A stretch of DNA of 64,000 bases, taken from contig CM060732.1 in assembly GCA_030704615.1 (NCBI GenBank), positions 47,926,001 through 47,990,000 on the forward strand, read 5' to 3'. Each line of letters starts with the position of its first letter. Position 1 is the stretch's first letter. Shown here piece after piece: positions 39,472 to 52,750 of the stretch. Position numbers and translations under genes: made by a program. The notes beneath the pieces were generated by a model, which worked only from the letters and a program-made list of their open reading frames with translations, was not told where the DNA came from and did not search any database. The stretch comes from Takakia lepidozioides (taxonomy: Eukaryota > Plantae > Bryophyta).

Positions 39472-42400
39472 TTAACAGTCCAATGTATTTTCAAGCTCCC
39501 ACAAGCTGAGATGATTAGAATATGACTGCCATTGCTCCATCTGCAACTTCGTGTAGCTACTGATAAACTCATTCCCCAAGGCCTGTATTACACCATTGCA
39601 GAACAATCAGCTCCACATCCTCTGTAGAAGGTTTGAACAATTTTAAAACACAGTCCCGATGTACTCGACAATAAGCAGGCCAACACCCATGAGGATACAT
39701 TTGTTTGGAAATATTCTCAGTTCTTGATACAGTATTCTACAAGTGTGATCCTTTCAGTAATGCAACAATGTTGAGATTTTTCAACCTGGAGATATCCAAC
39801 AAGTGAATACAAAGTCAACTTTCTTGCTCTACGAAGTGCAGGAGAATCATTGTTGTGAAACAAATAACCCATTGGATTTTTTCGCTAACCTCTTTCAACG
39901 ACTGAGAAGTAGCAAGCTTTCGGATAGCATCGAGCAGATTGCTAGGGAGAGCAGTCAACTCCTATGACACAGATTTCCAATCAGCACTCCTGATAAGAAA
40001 GTATGGACACTTGCACCAAAGACTAATATATGTAATCAAATTTAGGTAGCACAGAGGTTAGCTTCCATCACAACTGAGGTCAAACCCAAAGAATCTCTGC
40101 AAATGAAGAATGGGAAAGATGTATTAAAAACTTCAAGAATTCAAAGGGAAATGTAACAAGCACACCTGCCCATCAGGGGGAGGCAAGTGACCATTCCAGT
40201 CACATCTGGGTCCTGCCTCCATCTTGTTAACTATTCCCTCCAAACCACTTGCTGCAATCACAAACGGAAGACTGTAATACACGTAATACAAGGGAAGACA
40301 GTGTAGAACAAAGAACTTAGGCACAGTTCCTATTATACTTCCGGAAATCGAACTCCGGGAGTCGAGGGGGTCCGCGGCAGTGTCATAGGTCCCATAATTG
40401 TGAACTTTACCCTGGACGGATTAGAAGATAGAGTAACTAGACCTGGAAGAGCATACAATCAGCTTCACACTCTCACACCTCAGCAAGATCCCTGCTACCC
40501 CAAGCATGAACACAAGACTGCCACTCTAACTTGCACCCTCAAGGAAGCATTTAGCCAACTAAAGCCATGAGCCCAGCCATCTGCACATACAGGTTACTTG
40601 CCTAATATTGCTGCCTGTAGAAGATATGGATTGACAGCGCCATCCGCCAGCCTCAATTCAAATCTGCCTGCCTCTGGAATGCTGTATTTCATAATACCAT
40701 ACAGAATGCACTTAACCTGAGTGAGATGGGGGCTCGAACAAGGCAGTTGAGAACCATCTTACTATCATATCAATCATATTACACCTATGCCCCTGCTGTT
40801 CAGTAACTGAAACTGAAACTTGTCAACAGCAGACATGAATAACTAAATGTAGATCCTAATGGTAACAAGACAACAAAAAGAAAACTTCCAGAGCAAGAAA
40901 TAACTCATTCTAATCTCAGGGCAATCAGCTCATGCCATGCTAGTTTGTGTGGTCTGCTAGAGCTAACCGAACATCACAAACCATCGTCTAGAAAGGTGTA
41001 CTCATAAGACGTTGTTTGCCGTAGCCTTGTGGCCATTGACCCCGCGCTCAGTTTGAGCGGAACAGAAGGGACAGAACTACCTTTGTCAGGGGCTGACACC
41101 GGTAGTATGACTTACCTTGGAACAGACAATTGATCCGGGTTTTCCAGTTTTCCAGTTTTTCCATCGTCTAGAAAGAATGGAAATTTATGAGAGAGAGCAC
41201 AAACCGTAACATATGAGTGCGGTTGTCTCCAGTGTAAGAAATGGAGCAAGGAGCCCAGGATGACCCTGAAGTGGTTGTTGGCCCATTAATGCGCTTGTAG
41301 CTATTCACTGTGGGATTCAATATAGCTGTGAGTGCCTGCAAATCTCAGCTTCTTGTATGAGCTCTTCTGCACTACTTAGCCACAAGAACATAATATTGCT
41401 TTTCCAGCAGAGTTGAATCATAACCTATGAAACATCCACAAGCTGTGTCTGCATTTTCTAGCCTGCCATGATAACACCATCTGTAAAAGCCTCTTCACCA
41501 ACCTACAACTCTTAGACCCAGCATATGTATACTTCCTAAATAAAAGATCCCGAGCTCTTCTGCACTACTTGCCATGGGAAAATAATGCTTTTCAAACAAA
41601 GTTGAATCATAAGATAGTAAATGTCATCCACAAGATAGGTCTGCATTTTCTTGCCTGCCATCATAACACCACCTGCAAGAGGCTCCTGACCAACCTCAAC
41701 TCATTGACCCAACATCTGAATACCCTCTAAATCTTCCCAAAAGATCCACACACACTAGTTAAGGGTTCCCTCTGCACGCCACTTAGAAAAGGAGAAATGG
41801 AAGGCTTCAAGAGTGATGTCTTGCTTGGGTGAAGGGAGGACACTGACAGGTGAGTTAAAGGATTCCTCATGTAAATAACTATTGCAAAGTGCAGTTATTG
41901 GTGACAGTATGACACCTGATGATTCTGCTTAGAACTTCTACCATACAGCTGATCAGAACGTTTGCCAGAGTGAACTCTTACCTCCACCAATTCAAGCACT
42001 AAATAGGTAGGGTCCTTGGTTCAGTAAGCAAAACTAATTCAACCTATTAAATGAGTTGATACCTCTGCATTTGCCAGCACCCCTGCAATGAAGTTGTAAG
42101 CCAGGCTTGTCAATCCCTGCATTGCAATGCATACAGGAAAGAGACTGTAACAGAGGGCCAACCAACCAATTGCCACCCTGACCAGAAAAAGGCTCTATCT
42201 TCGCACCTACTACCTTGGTGGGAGTATTCGGCCTTCTCAAAGGCTTCTGACAATGCATCAAGTTGTCTTCTTGCAAGGAGATCTTGAAGAGTTCTATTAA
42301 TCGCCAGCCTCAGTTCCACTGAATGGATCTGGAAGCGCCACAGCAATACCCAAGGGTGGACACGCACATGGAGCCCTGCAGATGTTCCTTTAACCAGTGA

Positions 42401-45400
42401 CAATCTCTACAACATGAAGCAATCTAAGTACTCGCTTAGGGCATTACTCAATGCCTCCTGCTGTGAAAACTGATAAAACAAGAGCATTGGTGGGACTCTG
42501 TTATGGATTGAGTGAAATGTACCAAATTCCCACCCTTGTCAAGAAACAGGTTGGTTGTGCCTGCTGGATCCCACAGAGACACATGGCAGTGTGCACCATT
42601 GCCAGTTCGATGGAGAAAGGGCTTGGGCATGAAAGTTGCTCGGAAACCTGCACCCCTCGTCACCAGCAAAAGATTTGTTTGAAGCCAACCAAGTGGCCTT
42701 TTGCAAACCTGAGTACATTTGAGCTTCCAGACTAAAACAGAGGCCAATGGAAGGGCCGCAGTCGTACACCCCAACATACCTGTCGGGAAATGGAATCACT
42801 AATGTGGGCTTGGAAAAAGTTGATGCCTTACCATGCTTCTCTGCAACAGACTTGATCATGAACTTGAAGAAGGTGTGTCTATCGGCAGTGACCAAGCAGT
42901 CATCATATTCCCAGTTCAACTCAAACTGCCCATTTCCATCCTGCCATCCCAATTCACCCTTTGTCTCATATTCTATCCAGCTCATACCCTAATGATCTGA
43001 CAGTTGTGTTCCTGTGGGGATGACTCACTTGAATTAGACGTATCATGTCCACACATTCAAACTAATGCCTACCTATCATAATGACCGTTGGCTGTGCTCA
43101 ACAGTCACTCATATACTGCGGTTTCTTGTAGCTGTGTGGCCAAAGATCCCATGCCCTGTAGGATGGACGATGTTTGGCATTTTTTGCTTCCCCAGCCAAA
43201 TACGCATATATGTGCCCAAAGACTTCTTTGGAGAAAAAAAGAATTGTTTCCTGCAAAATGTTTCAGTTTGGTGCTCTCTGCAACCACATTCAAATTGTGC
43301 TATGTGGACTCTTTCTTGTGGTGAAGATGTAGCACTATGTTCACCTTGATATGTGATCAAGCTGAGTAGTAAATAAACTTTTGCATATACGAGCACACAC
43401 TTAACTCTTAAGAAGGCTTAACAATGTAGTTCTGTTGAAGATTGCATTCTATTAGGTATATGGGCAATCAAGAGACATAGCAATGAGTCTTCTACAGAAA
43501 TTGGTTTGGCTGCAATAACTTACTGGAGGAAATTTTGGAGATACCAATGAACATCTCTGTGCATAGCCACATACAGACATTGGCACCTCAACCACCATCT
43601 TGTCACAAACAACAATCATTTTCCCTACAAACAGACCCTTGAGGTTTGTTCAAACTATGTTTGATATTTGGTATTACAGTTTCAGAAGAATGACAATCTT
43701 TGACTTCCACAATTTGCGAGTTAATCCACTCTGGTACCACCGCATTAGACCAGATCATGAGGGAAGGAGCTCCCACATTTGGTGACATGGGAGAAGTAAA
43801 TGGCTCACCTCATGATCAGCCTGATAGGGTTTCCAGCCAAGACTCTCCATATGGTCACAGACCTCCGATATAACTTTGTAGTGCCGCATTAGTGCACCCT
43901 GAGATTCCATAATGAATGATACAAATAATATACATCTTTGGTATACCAACAAAGTTGTCAATCTGCACTGGAGATACTCCTGTCCAACAATTGCCTAATT
44001 TTGAAAAGAAGAAGATATTGCCAGTGTTTTGCACACAAACAACCAGAAAGATATCTCACTCTCTTCCCCTTAACTAAGTCCTTGGAAAGTTCACCTTCAT
44101 AGACAGCTACAACCTAGTCACTCCCAGATTGCAAATTGCATGCAGATGACGATTCCATGGGTATGAAATAACTGCATGCAGTGCAACTTACGTCAACACT
44201 GCAAACAAGTTCATCAATCCCATTACTTCATATACCGCTGTTATTTTGAAGGCAGCATTGTCTCACATAGTCTCACAGTGGATACTACCACAAGAGACAG
44301 CTGATGTTCCAGGCATCTCATGACACATTGGTGTGCATAAGGAGACACTGGACTTGTGGGGATGAGGAGACTCAGCATTCTGGAATGAGATCTAATGAGT
44401 TGACCCTCAACCCTGTGAGAGGAGGGCACTGCAGTTATAGGGGTAGAATATGGTTGTGCCAGGCCGCTACGATTGATGCAGTCGAACCTCAAGCTACCGA
44501 ATGCAGCACAGTGGTGCTCCAGCAGGAAATAAAGACACCAATGCACTAATCCAAAAAAGGAAATGTTCAAAATTTACTCATTTTCCTTGCAAAGCATTCT
44601 TCGAGCCCAAGACACTTGACAGAGGTACAAAGCTGCTTGCATGTAGGGCATTGGTGTTTATGTCCAGCAGCAATGACACTTTGAAAGAGCTCCTCAATGT
44701 AGGCCTCAGAGTGGCTCCTGGGAAGAGGACAAGAAAAGAAACCTGGTCATAGCATGGCTTTTTGGCGATATCCTTGGTATCAGCAACTTGGACCTCTGTG
44801 CCAGGTGAAAGCAGGAAAAACTCGCACTCAACGCCACTCTTCATCTGGTACCCTTCTGTTACAGCCTTTGCAATCTGAAATGAACCACTCAAGTGTGACA
44901 ATCTCACATAATACCTTGATTGCCGCATGCTTGCAAGTTCAAAACTTTGCTTGCATGTCTTGCCCTCCTCTGCTAAAATTCCACTATAATTCTCATCTGA
45001 CAAGAAAATTGCTTTAGATCACCAATATGCTTGCCCCTACGCAATCTGAAAAATCAATGCAATTGAAAGGTTTGAGGGATACCTGGGCTTTCAACACCTG
45101 GCGAGGTGCTTGCTCCACAAGACTGCCATTCATATATAGATCACTGGCAACCCATGCTACATCCCGGTTCCAAGGTAGCTGGATCACACTCTTTGCATCG
45201 GGCACTGCAATCTGAGTTGCATCCAACAGGTTTTATGTGTGTCAAGCTCTCACATTTCACAGCACCCTTGCTAAGCACTAGTAAGTAAATCTCCTTAGTA
45301 GCTAAGAAGACGTTGTCAGGGGTCACACCACCTGAACAGACTCTGTGTGGAAGGAAACTGTCCCTTTCTAATTGGTAATAGTCAACGTTTGTTCTGTATT

Positions 45401-46262
45401 TGTGGGATAATGCATATTTGCAGCTCCAGCTTTCTACTCTGACATTCTTTCAAGAAGAGAAAAACCTGCCCAGTTGCTGGAAAGGGTCATAACAAGCTCT
45501 TGCTCCCCGCCAGCTTCTCTATCATCTAAGCTATTAGAACAATCAAGGACTGATATTTTGTGCAACACTGTTGTTCTAAAGTGGCAAAGTAGCAACCATA
45601 CCATGTCAGGATGTGCGGGGGTCAGGTCAAAGTATGCAGCATAGCCTGCAAAGCCTGCTCCTTTTTTCTCCATATCCCTAATGGCAGCACTTGGAACCAG
45701 CTTGGAGCGCACCATCCCCAGCAGGTCAACATAACTGATCTGCATGTCACTTACAAGGACCACTTCATTTCGCAATTGCGTAAGAAATCCTGGAGATGTC
45801 GCGAGTGTTCCTTCTTGCATCTTCACTTGTTAATTTAAAATGCATCGGTCGAAGGCCAACGAAACGTCTAAAAAATGCCAATGGAGCCATGATCATGTTT
45901 TGACAGACAGCTGAAAGCTCAAACTGGACAGTTGCAGACTCGGAGCAGTGGATAGAGATGCAACCAAGAGTTGAAACACATATTCCAACGGTTCCAACGG
46001 GGAGGTCATGGAATTATGATCTCTGCTCTACGTAATATTGAGCACTTACCTGCACGCCACTCAAAGCCATTTTCAGACATGCCTGAATTACACATAGGAC
46101 CCTGGACAAGGCTTTCCGCTCTCGAGAGTGCTGCCAGAGTTGCGGACAAAAAATATAATCTTCATTCTGACGCAGTATAAAACAGAAGATCATGAAACTC
46201 ACAAGGAAGAAGCTAACGCCATAGTCAGCTGCGAATTGGTCCAATGAACCCGAATACCCCAT
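39472..46262 (-). CDS. Bacterial-type GlnT (GSIII)/GmaS-like glutamate-amine ligase, 13 exons, 438 aa, intact
   Basis: Exons 46262-46203, 45739-45602, 45211-45083, 44874-44743, 43898-43809, 42940-42832, 42647-42523, 42116-42063, 41335-41205, 40681-40602, 40251-40166, 39961-39890 and 39582-39472 sum to 1317 nt in frame. Motifs: GAGFAG..FDLTPAHPD, GVECEFFL, KPCYDQ, DHEDGNGQFELNW, ATFMPKPF..TGNGAHCHVSLW, NPTVNSYKRI, DNRTHMLRIP, RFELRLADGAVNPYL, WELENTLDC*. Confidence 0.92.
40996..41160 (-). mobile_element. 5'-truncated non-LTR retroelement 3' end in an intron of the GlnT-like gene
   Basis: Flanked by the 15-bp direct repeat ccatcgtctagaaag (40981-40995 and 41161-41175); shares ggtaagtc(a/t)tactacc..gtcagcccctgac with the LINE fragments at 31-33.5 kb. 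Confidence 0.8.
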
Positions 46263-46876
46263 GGCAACGTCCTTTCGTACAAGAGAAAGACAAAGGAAGG
46301 TGTCAAGGTTTGATCTTTACTCCACGATCTGGGTGAGGGCTTTTCTTATCATACATCATTCACAAACTCCGTTGTTTGACAAAGTGCGCGACCTGCATCT
46401 TCGCCATACTGGACTGATGGGTACGGGGATGAATTGGAGACGGATGTTCAAAACGGCCTACGGATGAGGTCGGTTCTTGCTGTACGTGCCCTGAACTGGA
46501 AGTCCTGAGCTGTCGATCTTAGGACACCACCCACAATGTCGGGGGGAGGACTGAAGCTTCTGAGCTGGGCAGTTCGTCCGATGCTGTGCATGTGGCACAC
46601 AAAGAGGGGATCGACTGAAGATGAGAAACAAGTCCATCTGCTGTGTCGTCTTCCAGGAAAGTGAAAGTGGGTCCCGCCCCGATCTTCCCGTGTAGCTGGG
46701 ATTGCAACAGCTAAATAGTTGGGAGTGGTGGCAAGCAATCGAACACTCTCGGAAGCGGTGCAGGAAGAGGGTGGTCACAGTCTGTGCAACCGCAAATGGA
46801 TGTTTTGAAATCGGGAGTACAATTTCTTCAGGCACATGGTTCCCCATTAAGGATGTGGCCATCTGTACCAGCTTTC

Positions 46877-48232
46877 ATGCCCGTTGCTTGGCCGCGGTCC
46901 GCCAACCTGCTGCTACTGCTGATTTTGTTCTCAATGAGCGAGTGGGTCTCAGTTACCAGTAAGCTTCTGTCCGTTCTTGAAAGCAGGGTGATTTGTTTGT
47001 TCAGCTGGTTTCGATTGGTAGCGTGTCTCTTGCATACACCCAGGTCTGCGGACCTTCTTGTTGCACCTAGAAAGAATTTTCGATGTGTTTCAACCCACCA
47101 TGTCAATACCGCGTTGAAGGGCCTTGAATTCCTCATGCTCTGTAGTAAAGTCTGATATGTTATGTTGCCATCTGATTGCTCAAGGCTTTCCTAAATTGGA
47201 ATAGAGCAATGAAACCATGTAGAGCATATATTTATGAGCATCTGTGCAGATGGGTCTACTATTGGAGTCGCCTATGGCACAAGTGGGGATAACCTTCCAT
47301 CGCCGCAACAAGTAGTCCAACTACTCCAATCTTTACAGGTGCAGAAAGTCAAAATTTATGACACCGATGCAGGGGTGCTTGGAGCATTTGCACACACAGG
47401 GATTGACGTCTCCATAACAATGCTGAACCAGGATATTCCAGGTATAGCTTCCAGTCAAAGCGCGGCACAAACCTGGGTTAGCACCAACTTGCAGCCGTAC
47501 ATCCCTGCTACTAATATCAGCTTGATTGCTGTGGGAAACGAGATATTGACTAGCGATGGTGGGATAGCGTTGCAGCTGGTACCAGCAATGCAGAATTTGC
47601 ACAGTGCTCTAGTATCTGCAGGTTTGGATGGGAGCATTAAAATCTCAACTCCACATGCTTTCAGTGTGCTGCAGACCTCATACCCTCCATCTGCAGGAGC
47701 TTTCCTCAACAGCTCCGCTACATCAGTCATGCAGCCTGTCTTAGGCTTTTTGGCACAAACACAGTCGGTGTTCCTAGTTAACGTTTTCCCGTTTTTCAGC
47801 TACACATACAATTCCGGAACGATAGATCTAAACTACGCGCTCTTCAACCCAGACGCCCCCACAGTTACAGATCAAGGCCGAACGTACAACAACTTGTTTG
47901 ATGCACAGATTGACGCATTAATCTCTGCCATGACAGCCCTTGGTTATGGGGATATACCTATAGTGGTCACAGAGTCTGGGTGGCCTTCTCTCGGTGATCC
48001 CGACCAGGTGGGTGCCAGCTTGGCAAATGCACAAACCTACAACAACAACCTTGTGAAGCACGTTCTCGCAAATCCACCGCTTGGCACCCCTCGGAGACCT
48101 GGAGTGGCAATTCAGACTTACATATTTGCAGTCTTCAACGAAGACCAGAAGACTGGTGCCACCACTGAGCGCAACTGGGGTCTTTATTATCCCAACATGA
48201 CACCAGTGTACACCACGAGTTTGTCCGTTTGA
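46877..48232 (+). CDS. Glucan endo-1,3-beta-glucosidase (GH17), secreted, no X8 domain; 2 exons
   Basis: Exon 1 (46877-46958) encodes a signal-peptide-like NLLLLLILF stretch (alternative ATG at 46853); phase-1 GT-AG intron; exon 2 is 47250-48232. Motifs IGVAYG..GDNLPSP, IAVGNE, VVTESGWPS, YIFAVFNE..K, ERNWGL. Confidence 0.93.
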
Positions 48233-50508
48233 GGTAAGCTTCTGTGATTGTGCTTACTCTTCCACCATGCCAGGTTTCAACTTGACACCTCGGCAGGGTA
48301 CTTAGATGGAACTATCAGACCTGAAAACCAAAACTTCTTCCCGGCTCTTAAGAAAGGTTTTTTTGTGAGTTGCAATCTGAATTAAGGGATAGTTGTATAT
48401 TGACAGAAACTTTCATTCTACAGAACCTGATTCTATCTTTTTTATTCACTCACTGACATGATCAGGATCAGAGTGATCACCAGACAGAGGCAGGTGATCA
48501 ACCAATACACACCATGTACATCTTGGGGCTCCAACTTATTTTTTGAATGATGAATACTTGGATTTGAAGTCCCGCATCTGATAATTTCTGACTTCCAGAT
48601 TTGCACAAAGCATCTTGCCTCTTGACTCTTTGTTTCAGAGACAAAATACTGAAGTTGTTGATATGTCAATGGAGCTTCCCGTTGTGTGCACAAGGTGAGT
48701 AAATGCATTGTCTTACAGTAGCATCCTGGTCAACACATTGTTATGGCCCATTCACACAATAGTGGTAAGGCTAACTCAACATTTTATGTGGCATGTGAAC
48801 ACTAACAATTTGTCTGATGTGGCAAATTTAACGCGGATGGGTTCAGGTAAAAATGGTGAAGAATGTTATCTTACTATAAAAGACTTCATATGTTTCGCAA
48901 TCTAAACTAACACATGAGAAGGGCAGAGGAAAATTAGCTTATGATAAATGTTCTTTATGTTGAAAATTAATTCCTTAGCAAGTTAGATCTATTCAAATTT
49001 ATTGTGACGGAGTGCAATAATAACAATGAGGACAAGTCTCAGTTAGCAATGACTACAAGTCACAGTACTAAAATAGCTGCCTGTTGCATTGGGTGCTGTT
49101 AGGATTTGTTTTTCTCCACATTGTTTAGATTCAAGTACAATCTCTTTTGCATAACTGCTCACAATGCTTCTTCCGTGAAGCTTGCTCGTTGTGTGATGAA
49201 GATCTGCATGTCATTCAAACCCATAGTTAGCATTTTTTGTGTTTCTTGTTCAAATCTCTTAGAGAAAATGGTAATTACTTGGTAATAGTAGCTAGTAAAT
49301 GTTTTTGGGAAAAACAACCCTACCCCTAAAATGTTATGTCTTTTGTCTATTGCTGCCAATTCCTCATTGGATTGTGAGAAAACATTATCCTGCGCTGTGA
49401 CCATAGTACATATCAACATCTGTTTTGAACAGAAGCACTGGCTTTGTTTCTCGGTTTTCTTCATATGAGAGTTCTGAAATAACTTACGCAAATCCAATTT
49501 TTAAGATTTGAACACTGCAAAAGCTTATACTTCTATTAAGAAATAGTCCTTGGTTGGTGCAAGTTATGTGTGAACCATCTCTATTAGGAAAGAATTATAA
49601 GGTGCGTTTGCATAAGAGGTGACGATTGTCCATGATATATTATGTGGCTTTAGAGACGTGCATAGAAGAAAATCACGCATCAAAAACGTGGTGAAAGCTT
49701 GTGGAAGTGGATTATTATTGAAGTGAAAAATATTGGAATTGATAATGATCTCAAGGCTCTCGAGTCTCCACACACAGGGTGGTATGTTGGAACTTTAGAA
49801 CTATGGGATTAGACATGTACCAATTGGGGAAACTCATAGTTTTATTCCATGATGTGAAAAACGAGATGGTTCAAGATTGATGACACTGCAACTTTGGAGG
49901 TTCACAGCGCACCATTCTTGGGTCTGTTCTTGTTTGGACAAAGCACAAGAACCCATCTCCAAAACACAAGCCCTTCCAATAACGTCAGGAACTTCACGGT
50001 GATAGAGAGGACTTGGCTTCTTCGTTTTCGCTACTACACTTCGTATCAACTAATGTTCAGATATTGGACGAAGTGCGCCCCTCAAAATCACTTGAAGGTC
50101 TTGCCTTTTCATTTGATAAATCTGTTGAAGCTGTGCAAATTTTGCAGAATTTGAAATTGTCCACAAAATCTCGAAGACATCTTCTAGTATTTCCCTACCT
50201 TCAAATTATAATTGCTTCTCTTAGATGCAACCTTCAGAAACACCATATCACCCATAACAAACTTACGGAAACTTCTATGCTTATTAGTGTAACACTTTAC
50301 TCATTCATGTGCACTTTGCATACTACATTTTGCCAAGTCCAATACATAATGAATTTCTTATATTTTATCATTGACACCATGTACCTTGGACAGTCATGAA
50401 ATCCAAGAAGTGAGAGCCGAACAATCATGACCGATATACAATACTTCAAAAGAACTCATTTCAATTGCACTATTTAAAAATGCTTATCATAAATTACATA
50501 GTCACGAC

Positions 50509-51383
50509 CAGTGTTGTATGGGTCCGGGTTTTGAAGGCGGGTACCCGGCGGGTTATGATCCCCGTTACCCACACCCGGACCCGGGCTATCACAAAAAACC
50601 TGGACCCTGATCAGGGTTCATTTCTAAAATGAACCTGGGACCTGACCCTGCCTGCTGGGTCCAGAACCCGTTAAACCCTCTACCCGGGGGCCAATGTAGC
50701 GGGTTAGGGTCCGGGTCTTAATTTTAGATGGGGCATGCGGGGTCCACCTTAGATCTGGTGACGAGCAGCAATAGGCCACTGCAGCAGCAGCCCCACCACC
50801 TTGTAGCCCAGTGGTAATGGTCACATACCACCTCAAAAGCGGTTGTGGGTTCAATCCACGGGCGTGGTGTCACAAAGTTGTGCCCTATGGGACCATAATT
50901 TACACCTCCCAAAGGAGGCGTCTTATATTATTATTAGGCCAGATCCTACACATCCATGCTATAATGATCTATCCTTGAGGCATATTACTATTCTTAACAT
51001 GTTTAAAGAATTGATATTAAAAAATAGAAAATGGGACTCAAACTTCTATTTTAATTCTTGTAATACATATTCATGGTATATTTTCTCTTAAAATAAAATT
51101 CATTATTAGGATTTTATTTTTTTTCCAGCCAAAAATAATTTTATCCCTAATTAATCTAATTTATTTAATCAAATAATTAGACCCGGATCCGAACCCGTGA
51201 ACCCGCTAATATTTCCCAACAACTACCCGGACCCTAACCCGAGTCCGTGTTGACAAACCCGGACCCGAACCCGGACCCGGATTTTCCAAATTTCAAAAAC
51301 CCGGATCCAGACCCAGACTTGGCTCTAAGAAAAAACCTGAACCCGGACCCGACGGGTTCCTTGGCAGAACCCGCACAACACTG
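50509..51383. mobile_element. Non-autonomous hAT-like element (MITE)
   Basis: TIRs cagtgttgtatgggt / acccgcacaacactg; imperfect 8-bp TSD gtcacgac / gtcacggg; many subterminal acccg/cgggt motifs. Confidence 0.75.
50801..50936 (+). mobile_element. tRNA-derived SINE-like element
   Basis: A-box-like tagcccagtgg (50804), B-box ggttcaatcc (50848) and a (tat)n tail; homologous copies at 59160-59400 on the minus strand. Confidence 0.7.
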
Positions 51384-52189
51384 GTCACGGGCTACTCAAA
51401 CATCGGGAGGAGACTACGCTTACCCGACGAGTTGAATGCAAGCGTGGGAGCCTTGCCGGTACGGTCGCCGGGGATGGCAGCACCGGCTACGTTCCGGCAC
51501 GGTGCACTATCAAATCCCCAACCCCCCTTGCTCCCTCTCACCTATGAGCCTGTATTTGTAGATTAAAGCATTAGGAAATCAAGGGCTTTGAAAGAAGCGA
51601 ATGGTAGTGTGGTGGCTAGGTGTTGAGTGCCTCAAAGATGAGTATTGAGGGTCAATTCTTGGCAGTGTAGTCACATTGGTTGCACATGGGGCTGATTAAT
51701 AATTTTCATCTCCAGAATAATCCTAAGTCCAAGACGCTACGCTCCCATGTTCCCTCTGTCCCCTCCTTGTTCCCAGTCCCGCTCCCCAACCCTTGAGTTG
51801 GACTCTCGTTGGACTTTGTAGCTACTGCTTGTTTTGCAACACATGGAGTTGGAGATTACGAGCTCACTTTTCAACTAATTCCAAAGCTTGGAATTCTATA
51901 TGGTCGGCTTTCCAAAACCCTTGAGGGCCAGCATCTGGCCATTTGAAACAACTTGAGGTAGTATAGACAAACTATTGTTTATCCAACATGTACTTTCTCA
52001 AAATGAGACCATGAAAAGCATTCACTTATCCAAGCAGAAAGTAAGTCCAATTTCATAAGCCACAAATCCATGGCGTGTAGAACTTTGATGGAGAAAGAGA
52101 ATATCGATTGTACATCTTGAGAGGTGAGCTGAAGTATTGCAATCACCAGTTATATATAGTTCCTATGCTCTAGGATTTAATACTGCACA

Positions 52190-52750
52190 CAATATACAAT
52201 TGTTACCACAATATTCCCAATTGCAGGACATCCTGACACTAAGTAGACCTATTGGTTGGTCTAGAAGCATTACTTTTAATGGTTAGGTGTGAAAAATGAT
52301 ATTAAGGAATACGTGGAAAAGTGTTTCCCTTGCCATGTCTCAAAATCATAGAGAGTTAGACTTCTAGGACTTTAACAACCATTTTCTGTTCGTGGACGTT
52401 GGACTTGAGAATCCATAAACTTTGATTTTATTGTGGCTTTGCCTCCATGAACAAAGAATAACCACTACAAGATCATAGTGGTGGTGGATAGGTTGTCTAA
52501 TATGACACACGATGTACCCACAAAAATAAATGCCAAAGCTTCAAAGATAATGTCTTTATTTATGAAAAAGATATTTCGAATTCATGGTTTGCCAAGGAAG
52601 ATCGTTTATGACAAAGATTCTAAAGTTACATGCCACTTTTTGGGGACATTCAAGATAATGAGAACTAAGTTGAGATTGAGCATAGCCTTCCACCTGAAGA
52701 TAGATGCCAAAAATAGAAAGAACCTATCCTACAATTGAGGATACATTGAG
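52190..52750 (+). pseudogene. Degenerate Gypsy (chromovirus-like) integrase fragment
   Basis: VVVDRLS..H, IFRIHGLPRKIVYDKD, LSIAFH. Confidence 0.7.

Noticed and set aside
39472-46262. Bacterial contamination as the source of the GlnT-like sequence
   Set aside because: Twelve spliceosomal introns, an intronic retroelement insertion and a plant GH17 neighbour.
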